Part shown: in pieces, positions 27,724-38,596 of the stretch
Position numbering within the stretch: position 1 is the stretch's first letter
Layout: each line of letters begins with the position of its first letter
Source: an uncultured Verrucomicrobiae bacterium
Lineage (GTDB): Bacteria; Verrucomicrobiota; Verrucomicrobiia; Chthoniobacterales; UBA10450
DNA: 64,000 nucleotides
Direction: 5' to 3'
Assembly (NCBI GenBank): GCA_963756875.1
Contig: CAVWPA010000001.1
Coordinates: 160,001-224,000 of the forward strand
Translations under genes and position numbers: made by a program
Notes under the pieces: model-generated
Databases searched by the model: none
What the model saw: the letters and a program-made list of their open reading frames with translations, nothing else
Told to the model about the DNA's origin: nothing

Positions 27724-29316
27724 TTACAATTCAATCACCTGTGCGGAGCGGATGTCGTCGCTGGCGCGAATTTCAGCAAGCAACAATTCGGTCGGCGCGG
27801 TATCGAGATTCAAAACAGTGAGCGCAGTCCCGCCCTCCTGGTTTCGGCTCAGGGACATGGTTGCGATATTCACGCCATGATTTCCGAGCAATGTGCCGAT
27901 TCGGCCGACAATTCCTGGGCGGTCCGTGTTTTCCAGAACGAGCACGACGCCATGCGGACGCGCTTCCACGGGGCGGTTGTTCACGCTTACGATCCGTGGT
28001 GTGGCGCCAAAAAATGCGCCGCCTACTGAAACGGTTTTCCCCTCGGCGGTGGCGGCGAGCTCCAGCAAATCCGTATAATCGCCGGGCGCGCTGAGTCGCG
28101 TCTCGGTCACTTTCAGTCCCAGGCTCTCTGCAAAAGCGGGAGCATTTACTTCGTTGACGTCCGCGCCGCCGGCGGATTGCAGAAAGCCTTTCAGGATCGC
28201 GCGCGTAATTGCCGTCGTGTCCACTTCGTTGACTTTGCCACTGTAATTAATGTTCAACTGCTCGACACGGCGCGGCGCAACCTGCGACAAAAATCTTCCG
28301 AGCTTTTCGCCGAAGCGCAGATGGGGACCGATGACCGACAACGTTCGGGCGTCAAGATTCGGCATGTTCACCGCGTTGCGGATTGTGCCTTCGAGCAGAG
28401 CGGCGCGAATTGATTGTGCGATCTCAATTCCGACACTCTCCTGCGCTTCCGCCGTAGATGCGCCCAGATGCGGAGTCAGAATCAGATTCGGTGCGGCACG
28501 AAGCGGCGAATCATCGGGCAAAGGTTCGATTTCAAAAACATCCAGCGCGGCAGCCGCGACATGCCCGTCCCGAAGCGCGCCAGCCAGCGCAGTCTCGTCG
28601 ATCAATCCACCGCGAGCGCAATTGATGATGCGCACACCGCGCCTGGTTTTTTGCAATCGCGGCGCATCGAGAATATGTCGCGTCTCATTTGTAAGCGGCG
28701 TGTGCAACGAGATGAAATCGGCGCCGGCAAGAAGATCGTCCAGTTCTTCCACCAGCTCCACCTGCAGGCTTCGCGCGCGCGCGGCGGCCAGATACGGGTC
28801 GTAAGCCATCACCCGCATTCCAAACGCAATGGCGCGCCGGCTCAATTCACTGCCAATGCGGCCCATTCCGATCACCCCGAGCGTCTTGTTATAAAGCTCG
28901 ACGCCTTCAAAACTTTTCCTGCTCCAGTTCTTGCCGCGCACGCTGGCGTCGGCTTGCGGGATCTTGCGCGCGACGCAGAGCAAGAGAGAAAACGCATGCT
29001 CGGCGGTGGAAATCGTGTTGCCGCCGGGTGCATTTAACACAATCACGCCTCGACGGGTGGCCGTTTCCACATCGACGTTGTCCACCCCCACACCGGCGCG
29101 CCCGATCACACGCAACTGTGTGCCGGCGTTTAGAACGTCCGCCGTGACTTTCGTTTCGCTGCGCACAACCAGCGCGCTGAATTGCGGAATCACTTCGACG
29201 AGCTTTGCCGCGCCGAGTTTGGTTTGCACCGACACATCCAGCGCGCCGTCACGTGAAAGTTCTTCGACTCCGCGTTGCGAGATTGCATCGGCGACCAGAA
29301 CTTTAGGCGGAGTCAT
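27724..29316 (-). CDS. serA: D-3-phosphoglycerate dehydrogenase
   Basis: GRAGVGVDNVD, GMGRIG, INCARGG, TPHLGAST, C-terminal ASB and ACT domains. Confidence 0.96.
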   Translation of the reverse strand: MTPPKVLVADAISQRGVEELSRDGALDVSVQTKLGAAKLVEVIPQFSALVVRSETKVTADVLNAGTQLRVIGRAGVGVDNVDVETATRRGVIVLNAPGGNTISTAEHAFSLLLCVARKIPQADASVRGKNWSRKSFEGVELYNKTLGVIGMGRIGSELSRRAIAFGMRVMAYDPYLAAARARSLQVELVEELDDLLAGADFISLHTPLTNETRHILDAPRLQKTRRGVRIINCARGGLIDETALAGALRDGHVAAAALDVFEIEPLPDDSPLRAAPNLILTPHLGASTAEAQESVGIEIAQSIRAALLEGTIRNAVNMPNLDARTLSVIGPHLRFGEKLGRFLSQVAPRRVEQLNINYSGKVNEVDTTAITRAILKGFLQSAGGADVNEVNAPAFAESLGLKVTETRLSAPGDYTDLLELAATAEGKTVSVGGAFFGATPRIVSVNNRPVEARPHGVVLVLENTDRPGIVGRIGTLLGNHGVNIATMSLSRNQEGGTALTVLNLDTAPTELLLAEIRASDDIRSAQVIEL

Positions 29317-29400
29317 AGCGGCAAGCGAGAGTTAACGTCTAACGCGCAACGCCCAACGTCCCAACGCCGAATGCAGAAATGTTTTGAACCCAGATGGGTT

Positions 29401-31305
29401 CTATCCGAAAATAATCAGCCGAATCGATTCGGGCAGTTGCTGGGCGACATTGGTGGCGACGCTGCCCCGAAGTAATTTGGTCATCGCGCTGCGTTGCGAT
29501 GCGCCGATGATGAGGTAGTCGACGCCCATGGTCGCGGCGAGATCGAGAATCAGTGGAGGCAGCGTCTTCGCTGACAGCATAGAGCGGCAGACACGCACGA
29601 TCGCGCTCCTCACCCAGCTTGAGCATCAATGTTCATGATGGCAGTTGGCTTCGGGGTTCGTCCTGCCAGCTGGTACGTCGGGTAATGGTCGGCCCCCCTC
29701 CGTAGAAAACAGCAATTTCCTTCACGTAAAGCACACACAGAGTGGCCTTGCGTAGTTGCGCCTCCTCCAGCGCGAAGCCGAGCACTGGCGTGATCCCCCG
29801 GGCGGCTACCATGATCTTTTGGCCTTCCTGGAGCTGCGGTTGAATGGGGCGTTCCTTCAGATCCGGCGAAACCATCTCCGCCACCGACTGCTGTACGGTG
29901 AGCGTTGTCAGCCCCGCGCTTTTGTGCGAAGGCAGCGCAAGCCAAGTCCGACTGACGAAAACACAGATCACGAAGAAGAGTGCATCGGGCTTGGTTTGGC
30001 AATGGTGAGTTCGACCGCCGCGAGAACCACAAACGTAATGCCGAACAGAACCCGATCCCACGACCGCAGACCGAGATCTGATTAAATGTGCACGAACCGA
30101 CGATTAACCGTGATCGCTCCAACAACACCAATGGCATAAAGCCCGGCCAGAGCATCGAAATTGCTTTGTGCTCACGAGAACAGACGATGGGAAGGCCGAC
30201 AGCGATGAGCAGCGGAACCATGGGCACGCCATGACGATTCAGCCGCAGGAACTGCGTGGCATCTCGCCGTCGCTGCGTCATCATATAAGTCAGTCCGATC
30301 AGTGCGACTATCGCTGTATTGAACGCGCTAAGCAGAAGAAGCGAAGACAATAGCACCGACAAACCAACCGAAAACGATGTCCAAATCCAGGCGAAATTGT
30401 CACCGCGTCTCGAATTGCTTCGCCGACAAAGCGCAGCATGTCTTCTTTGCGCTGCGCAGCACAGTGGAAATCTCGCCCATGCTGGTCAGATGAAGCGTTT
30501 TTTTGAAAGCTTGGCAGGGAGAGCATCGCCCAGCCGAGCAGTGCCGTGCCGGCAACCACTTCGACTGCGACAGGCACAATGGCTTTGATCGACTGTTTGC
30601 TAACCTCGGGGCTCCGGAGTCGAGCCGGGATCGAGCTTCATGACACCGGTGAGATTGGCGATCGATTCCACCCCGTGAGAGGGCAAGGATAACTCCCACG
30701 AATGGCACCCATACGCGGCCGACAGTCTCGATGGCGCGGCTCGAGAAACGGCGTGTGTAAGATGCGGCACGCTAACGCCGATGAAAACCAGCGACGACAG
30801 ACCACCGTTGGCAAAGCCAGAGCGATTGCCAGACTGCCGCTGTGTTTCGGCCCGAAATAGTTGATGACCCCCAAAACCAGGAGGACCATGTCGATGGTCA
30901 GAGCAATGTGGTCGCGAAGGAGCTTGATCCACGCGACGTGTTCGGCTCCCGAAGTGATGTAGCCAATGCCGACCAGCCGCTCAGCGCGGCCGTAACGGTT
31001 AAAGTCCGCGACCAGCAGCAGCGCTCCGACCACGGCGAGAAGGCGGCCTTGCGATGCGCGCTGCAGAGTAGACTCCGCCGCCATCAGGGAAATGGCGGCA
31101 AAAACGACATAATTAATTCCAACAAGATGGCGGTTAAGCCACAGACTGCCAGAATGATTGGAAAAGAGGAAAAGCCCGCAGCCACAAAGCCAGGCCGATG
31201 ACGTAAGCCTTGCTTGTGCCCCAGTCACCGTAGAGCAGCGCCGCGGCGCGTTTCCAATCGACGTTTCGCGGCCGATGTACGCGTGCAGGAATAGATTTCG
31301 GCCAT
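29401..31305 (-). pseudogene. APC amino-acid permease fused to a universal stress domain; many indels (pseudogene or low-quality consensus)
   Basis: Fragments HRPRNVDWKRAAALLYGDWGTSKAY, LLLSAFNTAIVAL, LRLNRHGVP, KIMVAARGITPVL, ILDLAATMGVDYLIIGAS...LLRGSV across frames. Confidence 0.75.
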
Positions 31306-31359
31306 TGCTATTCGATGTGAATCTCCATTGTTGCCTCGCTCGCTCGCAGATTTCTGCAA

Positions 31360-32523
31360 CTAATTAGCAATGGCGGTAACGCGCAAGTGCGCTACGACTT
31401 CAATCTCGGCGGTTTGGGGAAACATGTCGAGAGGTGTGACCGATTCGATCGCAAACCGGCCGCGCAAGTCGGCCAGGTCGCGCGCCAGTGTGGAAGGGTT
31501 GCAAGAAACGTAGATCAATGTTGCCGGCGCAAGTTCCGCGATGATTCGCCGGCCACTGGCGGTTAAGCCCGTCGCCGGCGGATCGACGATCATTACAAGG
31601 GACCGGCGATCTTCAGAATGGCATCGGCTCCCAGTCGGCGCTTTTGATGAGATTGGCCCCGCCGAGACGGGGTCAATGCCACTCTGGTCGGCGGCTGGGA
31701 AGCCGCTCCTTGATGCTTTGCCTAGCTCTTCATCCACGTCGCCGGCAATGTACGTTTCCTTCGGCGTCGCAGTCTCCTGCGCAAGGGCGATTGCAAACTT
31801 GTCCCAATCGATCCCGATTACGTGTTGAAATCTTGCGAGCAATGCCCTGGCAAAAAACCCCGCGCCACAGTAGGCGTCGATCAGCAGCGCCTGGCCCTGA
31901 TCCGCCGGAATGAGTCGCGTAACCAGATCGCGGAGGGCCATCGCCAGCGCGTCGTTGGTTTGCGAAAAGACGCGCGGTCCGGATTGCGCGCGCAACGTGT
32001 AATGACCGTCGCGAACCTGGCCGGCGCGCAGCCTCGTCAGCTCACGATTCACCTCGTCCGTGGCGATCGGGCAATGCTCGACATCGATGAGATCGTGAGA
32101 GTCGCGGCGAAAATAGCCGATCATGCCGTCCTGCGCGTGAACGGTAATGCGATTGCGATAGGCATACGAAACCGGCGAGGGAATGATTGGCCGCATTGGA
32201 ACGTCTTTCAGTTTGCCTATTCGTTGCAAGACGTCTCGAACCTGTCGCCATTTGATGGCGAGCTGGTGTTCGTAGGCAATGTGTTGATACGCGCAGCCGC
32301 CGCATCGGCCGAAATAGGGACACGGAGCCTCGACGCGGTCCGGCGATGGTTCGTGAACATCGGCGAGCTCGGCTTCGGCGAACTGTTTTTTTTCGCGAAC
32401 GATCCGCGCGGCGACCAGCTCGCCGTCAATGGTGAACGGAACGAAAACGGCCTTGCCGCTTTGCCGGCCGACTCCTTTTCCGCCAAACGCAACGTCCTCG
32501 ATTTTCAAATCGACAGTCCGCAT
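31360..32523 (-). CDS. TRAM-domain RNA m5U methyltransferase (RlmD/TrmA family)
   Basis: IEDVAFGGKGV, CPYFGRCGGC, IDAYCGAG, IVDPP, YVSCNPSTLARD, DMFPQT. Confidence 0.9.
   Translation of the reverse strand: MRTVDLKIEDVAFGGKGVGRQSGKAVFVPFTIDGELVAARIVREKKQFAEAELADVHEPSPDRVEAPCPYFGRCGGCAYQHIAYEHQLAIKWRQVRDVLQRIGKLKDVPMRPIIPSPVSYAYRNRITVHAQDGMIGYFRRDSHDLIDVEHCPIATDEVNRELTRLRAGQVRDGHYTLRAQSGPRVFSQTNDALAMALRDLVTRLIPADQGQALLIDAYCGAGFFARALLARFQHVIGIDWDKFAIALAQETATPKETYIAGDVDEELGKASRSGFPAADQSGIDPVSAGPISSKAPTGSRCHSEDRRSLVMIVDPPATGLTASGRRIIAELAPATLIYVSCNPSTLARDLADLRGRFAIESVTPLDMFPQTAEIEVVAHLRVTAIAN
31619..31709. repeat. palindromic repeat sequence inserted in frame in the methyltransferase
   Basis: TGGCATCGGCTCCCAGTCGG...GCGGCTGGGAAGCCGC resembles intergenic repeats at 61356-61411 and 27702-27723. 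Confidence 0.65.
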
Positions 32524-32629
32524 GTTAAGCGATCGGCTTTTGGCGAGAGGCCGCGAGTTGATTTGAGGCAGATTGCACCGAGCAAAAATGTTACTCGCTT
32601 TGGTGCGGATTCCGACATTATTTGAATCG

Positions 32630-33835
32630 ATGGCCTGGCGCATTCATGAACACATCCTTCGTGGTGAGATCGACAATCGCACGCGGGGTTGCGTGACCGG
32701 GCGGATCTGGCTTGCGGGTGTGGAACAACCGCTTTTGCTCGAGCTCAATGGCGATTGCCTGCCCGATCTCGCCGGTTGCGAACTCAGCTTCGAAAATCCC
32801 GACCCCGTTTCCATGAGTACGAAACCGCCGGCGTTGCGCCAACGCGGTCCGGTCGGGGAAATCACCGCGGCTCGGAAAGTGCGTGTTTTTGACGTGCCGA
32901 TCTCGGACGCCATGTCGATGATCAAACGGGGAGAGACGCCGCCTGAACATACGGCGAACGGCGTTTATCTGGAATGGTTCAGTGAATCGAGCGGACACGT
33001 TGTCATCGAAAGTGCGGACTATCGGCTGAAGATTTCCACGCCCACGTGGCGTTTTACCCGTGAGGAGATCGCCGAGCGCGAGCGCCGTGCCGCCGAAGGC
33101 GAGACGCCTTTCGCCATTGCCATCAATAAAAACGGCGAGACGCAACCGTGGGACGAGGCCCGCTACGAACAGTTTCTTCGCGAGAGCGATGCGCTCACTG
33201 AGAAATATGGACGATTGCTGGACAAATACGGAGACGATCCGGAGAGCGAACGGATTATCGCGCGCGAAATGGGATGGAAATGGCTGGAAGAGGCGCTTGC
33301 GGACGATGAAGCGCGCGAGGCTTCGGATGAAAAGATCGATGAATCGGATGATGGAGATGAGGAAGACGACGAAGAAATTGTCGACGAGATCGAAAGTTAC
33401 GAACTGCCACCGCCCGATCCATTGAGAGAAGGAATCGATTGGGTGCGCGATCAACGCGGCCACGTTTGCCATCCAATCAAAAAGCGCGCCGATGTCGCGT
33501 TGCATGCGCTTCTCGATGAGCTTCGAGCGGCAGGACATTTCCCCGATTGTGACGACGAGGAGCTTGGGCAATTTGTGGGCGATTTTATGACCGTCACGGC
33601 CAAGCTGGCGGGCGCATTGGGTGGAGTTGCGCGCGGAGACGAATTCCTGGAGCCCGGGCTGGTAATCGCCTGGCTTAAGCGCATTCTCGAGATTTTGAAT
33701 CGAACTCTTGCCACCAGCGAGGGCCTTGCCGGCAAGCCATTTCTTTCCGCCGAGTCGCTCGAGCGCTATCGATCCGAGCTGTTCGGCATTCGCGAGAATA
33801 TTTTGGAATTAATCGCGCGATTGCGTGCATGCTAG
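32630..33835 (+). CDS. conserved hypothetical protein
   Basis: Long ORF MAWRIHEHILRGEIDNR... with acidic linker; no recognised function. Confidence 0.75.
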   Translation: MAWRIHEHILRGEIDNRTRGCVTGRIWLAGVEQPLLLELNGDCLPDLAGCELSFENPDPVSMSTKPPALRQRGPVGEITAARKVRVFDVPISDAMSMIKRGETPPEHTANGVYLEWFSESSGHVVIESADYRLKISTPTWRFTREEIAERERRAAEGETPFAIAINKNGETQPWDEARYEQFLRESDALTEKYGRLLDKYGDDPESERIIAREMGWKWLEEALADDEAREASDEKIDESDDGDEEDDEEIVDEIESYELPPPDPLREGIDWVRDQRGHVCHPIKKRADVALHALLDELRAAGHFPDCDDEELGQFVGDFMTVTAKLAGALGGVARGDEFLEPGLVIAWLKRILEILNRTLATSEGLAGKPFLSAESLERYRSELFGIRENILELIARLRAC

Positions 33836-34007
33836 ACCGCGGGTATGCCGCCTTACGTGCCCGTCACTCGCTGGATTGCGTCCGGTCGTGCGCAAACTTG
33901 CTTTTGTTTGACCGCGAGACTGGCAAAGGATCAAATGCGAAACCGAACGACGAAACGGTCCGCGAACTAACGAATTCCTTCAGCGGCATTAACTGGCCCA
34001 CCCAACC

Positions 34008-34415
34008 TCAATAATCCCGCACGTACGGATATTTCGATTCGTTGCCGAGTTCGGGCGGAAATTCCGAATAACCTGCGTGGATCCATGGAATGTCGCTCGG
34101 CAAAATCGGATAGTAACTTTGTCGCCACGCCGGGATGGGCCAGAGCGCAATCTCCAGGAAACCGGCGACATGCCGTGTGGCGGCGCGCCCTAAACCGCGC
34201 ACCACGCCGTAACCTGCGGCAGCAGCGTTCCCTTCGTCCGTGTTGATTTTCGCAATCGTGACCGGAATTTCCGCCGGTGCGAGGAAGAAATTTGCCAGTC
34301 CCCGACCAAGTTTGCGCGTTGGGCCGTAGTCGTTCGAAGGAGGATCTTGAATGTCGCCCAGCATCCTGCCGGCAAAACTGAAGGCAATCAGCGCGACGAC
34401 CATTATCTTTTTCAT
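34008..34415 (-). CDS. exosortase system-associated protein (TIGR04073-like)
   Basis: Signal peptide; TRKLGRGLANFFLAPAEIP motif. Confidence 0.75.
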   Translation of the reverse strand: MKKIMVVALIAFSFAGRMLGDIQDPPSNDYGPTRKLGRGLANFFLAPAEIPVTIAKINTDEGNAAAAGYGVVRGLGRAATRHVAGFLEIALWPIPAWRQSYYPILPSDIPWIHAGYSEFPPELGNESKYPYVRDY

Positions 34416-34462
34416 AAGCAGTCAAACAAACTAAACAAAATGTCGGAGATAAAAGCAACACT

Positions 34463-35404
34463 TCATTTAGCACTTAACCCGCCTGCCTTCTCTTGTTTTC
34501 GGCTCGCCATCATCGAAACAATAATTGTTATCGCCAGGATCACGACAATCACGGCCAGCGAGATCAGCGTCGGAATTTGAAATTTGTCGGCGACGATCAT
34601 TTTTATACCCACGAACCCGAGCACAAAGGCGAGCCCGTTCTTGAGGTAGATAAAACGGTCCATCAGTTTTGCGACCAGGAAATAGAGCGAGCGCAATCCG
34701 AGAATGGCGCAGATATTCGAGGTGTACACGATGAAGACGTCCCGGGTAATCGCGAAGACGGCGGGAATGGAATCAACTGCGAAGACCAGGTCCATGACAT
34801 CGATAACGATCAAAACCAGCGCCAGCGGAGTGAGCATCCAGCGGCTATCGATCTTGGCGGTAAAATCTTCGTCGTGAAAATCACCCGTCACGCGCACGAG
34901 CCTCCGGCAAAACCGCATTACGAGCGTGTTTCCAAAATCGCGCTGGCCTTTTTCCCCAAAATACATCCGCCACGCGCTGACCAGCAGAAAAGCGCCGAAA
35001 AAGTACAGAATAAAATCGAACCGCTCGACCAATGCGATCCCCAGCCAAATCATGATGCCGCGCATGAGAAGCGCGCCCAGGATTCCCCAAACCAGGACGC
35101 GATGCTGGGCGATGGGCGGCACGCGAAAATAGGCAAAGATCAAAACAAAGACGAAAATGTTGTCGATACTCAGGGAGTATTCGATGACGTAGCCGGTGAG
35201 GAATTCGAGGCCCTTATCCGGTCCGCGTAATTTCCACACAACCAGATTAAAGAGCAGCGAAAGGAGGACCCAGATGACTGTACGGAATGCCGCTGCGCGC
35301 ATACTCAGGGCGCGGCCGCGCCTCTTAAAGCTGACCAGATCGATCGTAATCGCGATGAAAACGCCCAGGTGAAAGGCGATCCAAAACCAAAGACTCGTCG
35401 TCAC
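34463..35404 (-). CDS. TerC/Alx family membrane protein
   Basis: GYVIEYSLSIDNIFVF, QHRVLVWGILGA, DLVFAVDSIPA, SNICAILGLRSLYF; GTG start. Confidence 0.93.
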   Translation of the reverse strand: MTTSLWFWIAFHLGVFIAITIDLVSFKRRGRALSMRAAAFRTVIWVLLSLLFNLVVWKLRGPDKGLEFLTGYVIEYSLSIDNIFVFVLIFAYFRVPPIAQHRVLVWGILGALLMRGIMIWLGIALVERFDFILYFFGAFLLVSAWRMYFGEKGQRDFGNTLVMRFCRRLVRVTGDFHDEDFTAKIDSRWMLTPLALVLIVIDVMDLVFAVDSIPAVFAITRDVFIVYTSNICAILGLRSLYFLVAKLMDRFIYLKNGLAFVLGFVGIKMIVADKFQIPTLISLAVIVVILAITIIVSMMASRKQEKAGGLSAK

Positions 35405-35469
35405 CGCGCGTAGAGTTTCATGCGAGCCGTCGAACGGCAAGCACCAACCCTTCCCGTCGAACGGGACGG

Positions 35470-35607
35470 GAAGCACCAAGCACCAAACCGCAAGCTCCAG
35501 AGAATAACCAAATTCCAATCTTCAATACTCGAACACTTACGCTGGATAATTTGGCGCCTGGATATCGGAGCTTCCCTGGAACCTGCAGGTTGGTGCTTGG
35601 TGCTTTC
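35470..35607. repeat. heptamer-based imperfect palindromic element (family H)
   Basis: AAGCACCAAGCACCAAAC...GTTGGTGCTTGGTGCTT; related copies at 53879-54027 and 43223-43339. Confidence 0.8.
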
Positions 35608-35666
35608 TTTGCCCACTTTTTCTCTCGCTAATTCGAGGGTTCATCGTAACTTATTCGAACTCTTTA

Positions 35667-37547
35667 ATGGATCCCGAACTGGAGAAACTCGTCGAAGCCG
35701 GCAAGCTAACTTCGAGCGCCGCCGAAAGACTGAACCAGTTGAAGCCGGGTGCATTTTGCCTGCACAAAAGCTGGGGATTCGGCCGTGTGGCGGAATGGAA
35801 TCTCCTGCTTAACCAAATCGTCATCGATTTTGCAGCAAAGAAAGCCCATTCGATGCAGCTGCAATACGCGGCAGATAGTCTGACTCTGATTCCGCCGGAA
35901 CATTTTCTCGCTCGCAAAGCAACTGACTTGGCGGGCATTAAAAAACGCATGCAGGAAACTCCAGCGGCCGTGGCCCGGAACATTCTCGAAAGCCTCGGCG
36001 GAAAAGCAACCGTCCAGCAAATTAGCGAATGGCTCGTTGGCGATATTTTTTCCGAAGCCGAGTGGAAACGATGGTGGGAATCGACCAAAAAGCTGCTCAA
36101 GAAAGAAGGAACAGTCTTTATTCCTGCGAAAAAGAACGAACTGCTCCAACTTCGCAGCGAGCCGGTTTCCAACGCGGATGAGCTGATCGGATCCTTCCAT
36201 CGTGCCCGGCAGCCCAAGGAACAGACGGAAATTCTCGATCAGATCATCAAGTTGCACGGTGAGTTCAAGGAGCCGGAAAAACAACTGCAGCCGATCGTGG
36301 CCGCGATCGAAACGACGGCGATGCGCAATCAAAAGATACATCCGCAGATTGCCTTCACACTCGTGATCGCTCGCGATGAACTCTTCGAACGCCTCCCTCA
36401 GCTGAGATCGACGATCGTCGGGTTCACGCTCTCGAAACTGATTGCCGAAGAAGAAGGGCGGCTGATGTCGATCCTGCCCAAGCTGTCGGCGGCAAAAGAA
36501 AAGAAAGTTTTACAGGCTCTGCCTGCCGCCCTTGGCGAACTCTGGACAGCATGCGCCTTGAAATTAATGAAGGGAAGTCATGGCCGGATGGTCGCGCAAA
36601 TCCCGCGCATTTTGAGCGAGGCTGGCCAGCACGCGCAACTGCGCACCGTGCTTGAGCGAAGCATCCGCGAACATTCCGCCACGAGCGAGATGCTGACTTG
36701 GTTGTGCAACGAGCGCGACGCGTGGCCTGAATTGATCAATTCAGAACTCCTTGCGGCTATTTTGTCGGCTGTGGAACGGGAGCAACACCAGTCACCCAGT
36801 CGCGCAAGCAAGGCGCAGCGGTTGCTGGTGGAAGATCGGCAATTGATCGCCGACATGTTTGCAAACGAAGACGCAAGCGTGGCCCGCGACGCCGTGCGAA
36901 GGCTTCAACTCAGTCCGTTGTTTGATGAGCTGACGAAACGATCCTTGCTAGCACGGATCGTCAAGCTTTATCCGGAACTCGGATCAATGATCAGCGGCGC
37001 GCAGCGGGAAGAAGGGGCCGCACCATTGGTCGTTTCATGGAGCAGCCTGGACAGGCGCAAGGCCGAATACGAAGAATTGGTGCAAAAGAAAATCCCCGAG
37101 AACACCAAGGAAATTGCGGTCGCGCGTTCTTACGGCGACTTGAGTGAAAATTTCGAGTTCAAGGCCGCGAAACAGATGCAGGCGGTGCTTATGCGGCAAA
37201 AATCCGAACTCGAACAGATGCTGCATCGCGCCCGCGGAACTTCGTTCGAGAATTCGGACACCTCGCGTGTCTCCATCGGAACCGTTGTCACATTGCGCGA
37301 CGTCGATTCGAAAAAAGAAGAGACGTATACCATTCTCGGTGCGTGGGATGGCGATCCCGAGCGTCACGTTATTTCGTATCAAACCGCGATCGCACAGGCA
37401 TTGCTTGGCCATCAGGCCGGCGAAGAGGTGCCTCTCAACACCGATCACGGCAATCGCCGTTGCAAAATTATTTCCGTCGAGGCGGCGCCGGTCGATACGG
37501 CGATATTGGGCGCGGAATTGGTGGGCAGCGCGGTCTCGACGGAGTGA
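35667..37547 (+). CDS. greA: large PVC-type transcription elongation factor GreA
   Basis: C-terminal IAVARSYGDLSENFEFKAAK and YTILGAWDGDP; long N-terminal extension. Confidence 0.9.
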   Translation: MDPELEKLVEAGKLTSSAAERLNQLKPGAFCLHKSWGFGRVAEWNLLLNQIVIDFAAKKAHSMQLQYAADSLTLIPPEHFLARKATDLAGIKKRMQETPAAVARNILESLGGKATVQQISEWLVGDIFSEAEWKRWWESTKKLLKKEGTVFIPAKKNELLQLRSEPVSNADELIGSFHRARQPKEQTEILDQIIKLHGEFKEPEKQLQPIVAAIETTAMRNQKIHPQIAFTLVIARDELFERLPQLRSTIVGFTLSKLIAEEEGRLMSILPKLSAAKEKKVLQALPAALGELWTACALKLMKGSHGRMVAQIPRILSEAGQHAQLRTVLERSIREHSATSEMLTWLCNERDAWPELINSELLAAILSAVEREQHQSPSRASKAQRLLVEDRQLIADMFANEDASVARDAVRRLQLSPLFDELTKRSLLARIVKLYPELGSMISGAQREEGAAPLVVSWSSLDRRKAEYEELVQKKIPENTKEIAVARSYGDLSENFEFKAAKQMQAVLMRQKSELEQMLHRARGTSFENSDTSRVSIGTVVTLRDVDSKKEETYTILGAWDGDPERHVISYQTAIAQALLGHQAGEEVPLNTDHGNRRCKIISVEAAPVDTAILGAELVGSAVSTE

Positions 37548-37750
37548 TCCGGTAACGCTTGCTCGTGTTTCTCGCGCGGCCGGGACAAAACCGCGAGTAG
37601 CAGCCAGATCAACACCAGTGCGACCAAGCTCAGGAGCGCGATAAGGAAAATGCGCTTTGGCGGCAGATGACGATGCTGGATTTTCTTTGCGCTCAGGATG
37701 CACGCTGCGAAAATCAGGACCGCGGCGATGCCGAAATAGATCGCGCTCAC
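37445..37750 (-). CDS. small two-TM hypothetical membrane protein
   Basis: Two clear hydrophobic segments; tail overlaps the end of greA. Confidence 0.4.
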   Translation of the reverse strand: MSAIYFGIAAVLIFAACILSAKKIQHRHLPPKRIFLIALLSLVALVLIWLLLAVLSRPREKHEQALPDHSVETALPTNSAPNIAVSTGAASTEIILQRRLP

Positions 37751-38001
37751 TGTTAGGCCGATATCGAACCTGTCGGCGAACCAATTTTCAATCCAAATTA
37801 TCGCGGCGTCGGAGTTGCAGCCACGGTCCCGCGGGCCGTTTCGCCAGACTCTATCTGATTTCTGTCGCCGATTGCCTCGTCCGGCTGTTCGGCGTCAACG
37901 CTTCAAGGATTTGCCGGGTCAACGCGCTAGCGTCGCTAGTGTTCATTGATTGTCGGTCTCATACAGAACGCGAGGAACAAATCTCACTCGACGCGTCGCG
38001 T

Positions 38002-38038
38002 CCTCCTCTCTCTCAGGGAGAGGATTGAGGTGAGGGCG
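38002..38038. repeat. CCTCTCTC..GGGAGAGG..GGTGAGGG intergenic repeat
   Basis: Short palindromic intergenic repeat of a widespread type. Confidence 0.55.
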
Positions 38039-38147
38039 AGCCCACTGGGCTTCCTAACTGATAATGCCCAACACTACTTTTAGCTTCGGCCTTCGCCAAA
38101 ATCCGCTTGCCATGCAAATCGCAAAGGCCGGATAATCAAGTAACCGC

Positions 38148-38570
38148 ATGAACCACAAGATCCACCATCTCGCTGTTTGGGTGCTCGTCGTTATCCATTT
38201 CTTTATCGGACTGGGATGGTATGCGCTGTTCGGCGAGCAGTGGCTGAATTACAACGCGCGCACCATGACCGATATCGAACAGCCGCATAGCGCGATTCCG
38301 TACCTGATCGCAATCGTGGCGGCGATCTTCGTCAATTATGCGTTCGCCTGGCTCTTCGCAAAATTGCATGTCGCCCATGCCGTCACGGGGCTGAAAATCG
38401 CGCTGATCTGTTGGTTCGCATTTCTCTTTGTGCCATACGCAACCATCTCGGCGTTCTCGGCGTTCGAAACGAATCCGTGGCCACTTGTGCTAATTAATAT
38501 GGGCCGGCCGTTCATCGCTTTCGCCATCAGCGGCATCGTCCTCGGCGCCTGGAGAAGGCGCGAACCGTAA
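38148..38570 (+). CDS. DUF1761 membrane protein
   Basis: [15 protein letters not shown], four TM segments, LINMG. Confidence 0.8.
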   Translation: MNHKIHHLAVWVLVVIHFFIGLGWYALFGEQWLNYNARTMTDIEQPHSAIPYLIAIVAAIFVNYAFAWLFAKLHVAHAVTGLKIALICWFAFLFVPYATISAFSAFETNPWPLVLINMGRPFIAFAISGIVLGAWRRREP

Positions 38571-38596
38571 AGAAATCCAAGTCGAAAGCAAAATTT

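Noticed and set aside
35405..35470. yybP-ykoY riboswitch upstream of terC
   Set aside because: Only short CCGTCGAACGG hairpins are visible; the conserved riboswitch motifs were not recognised.
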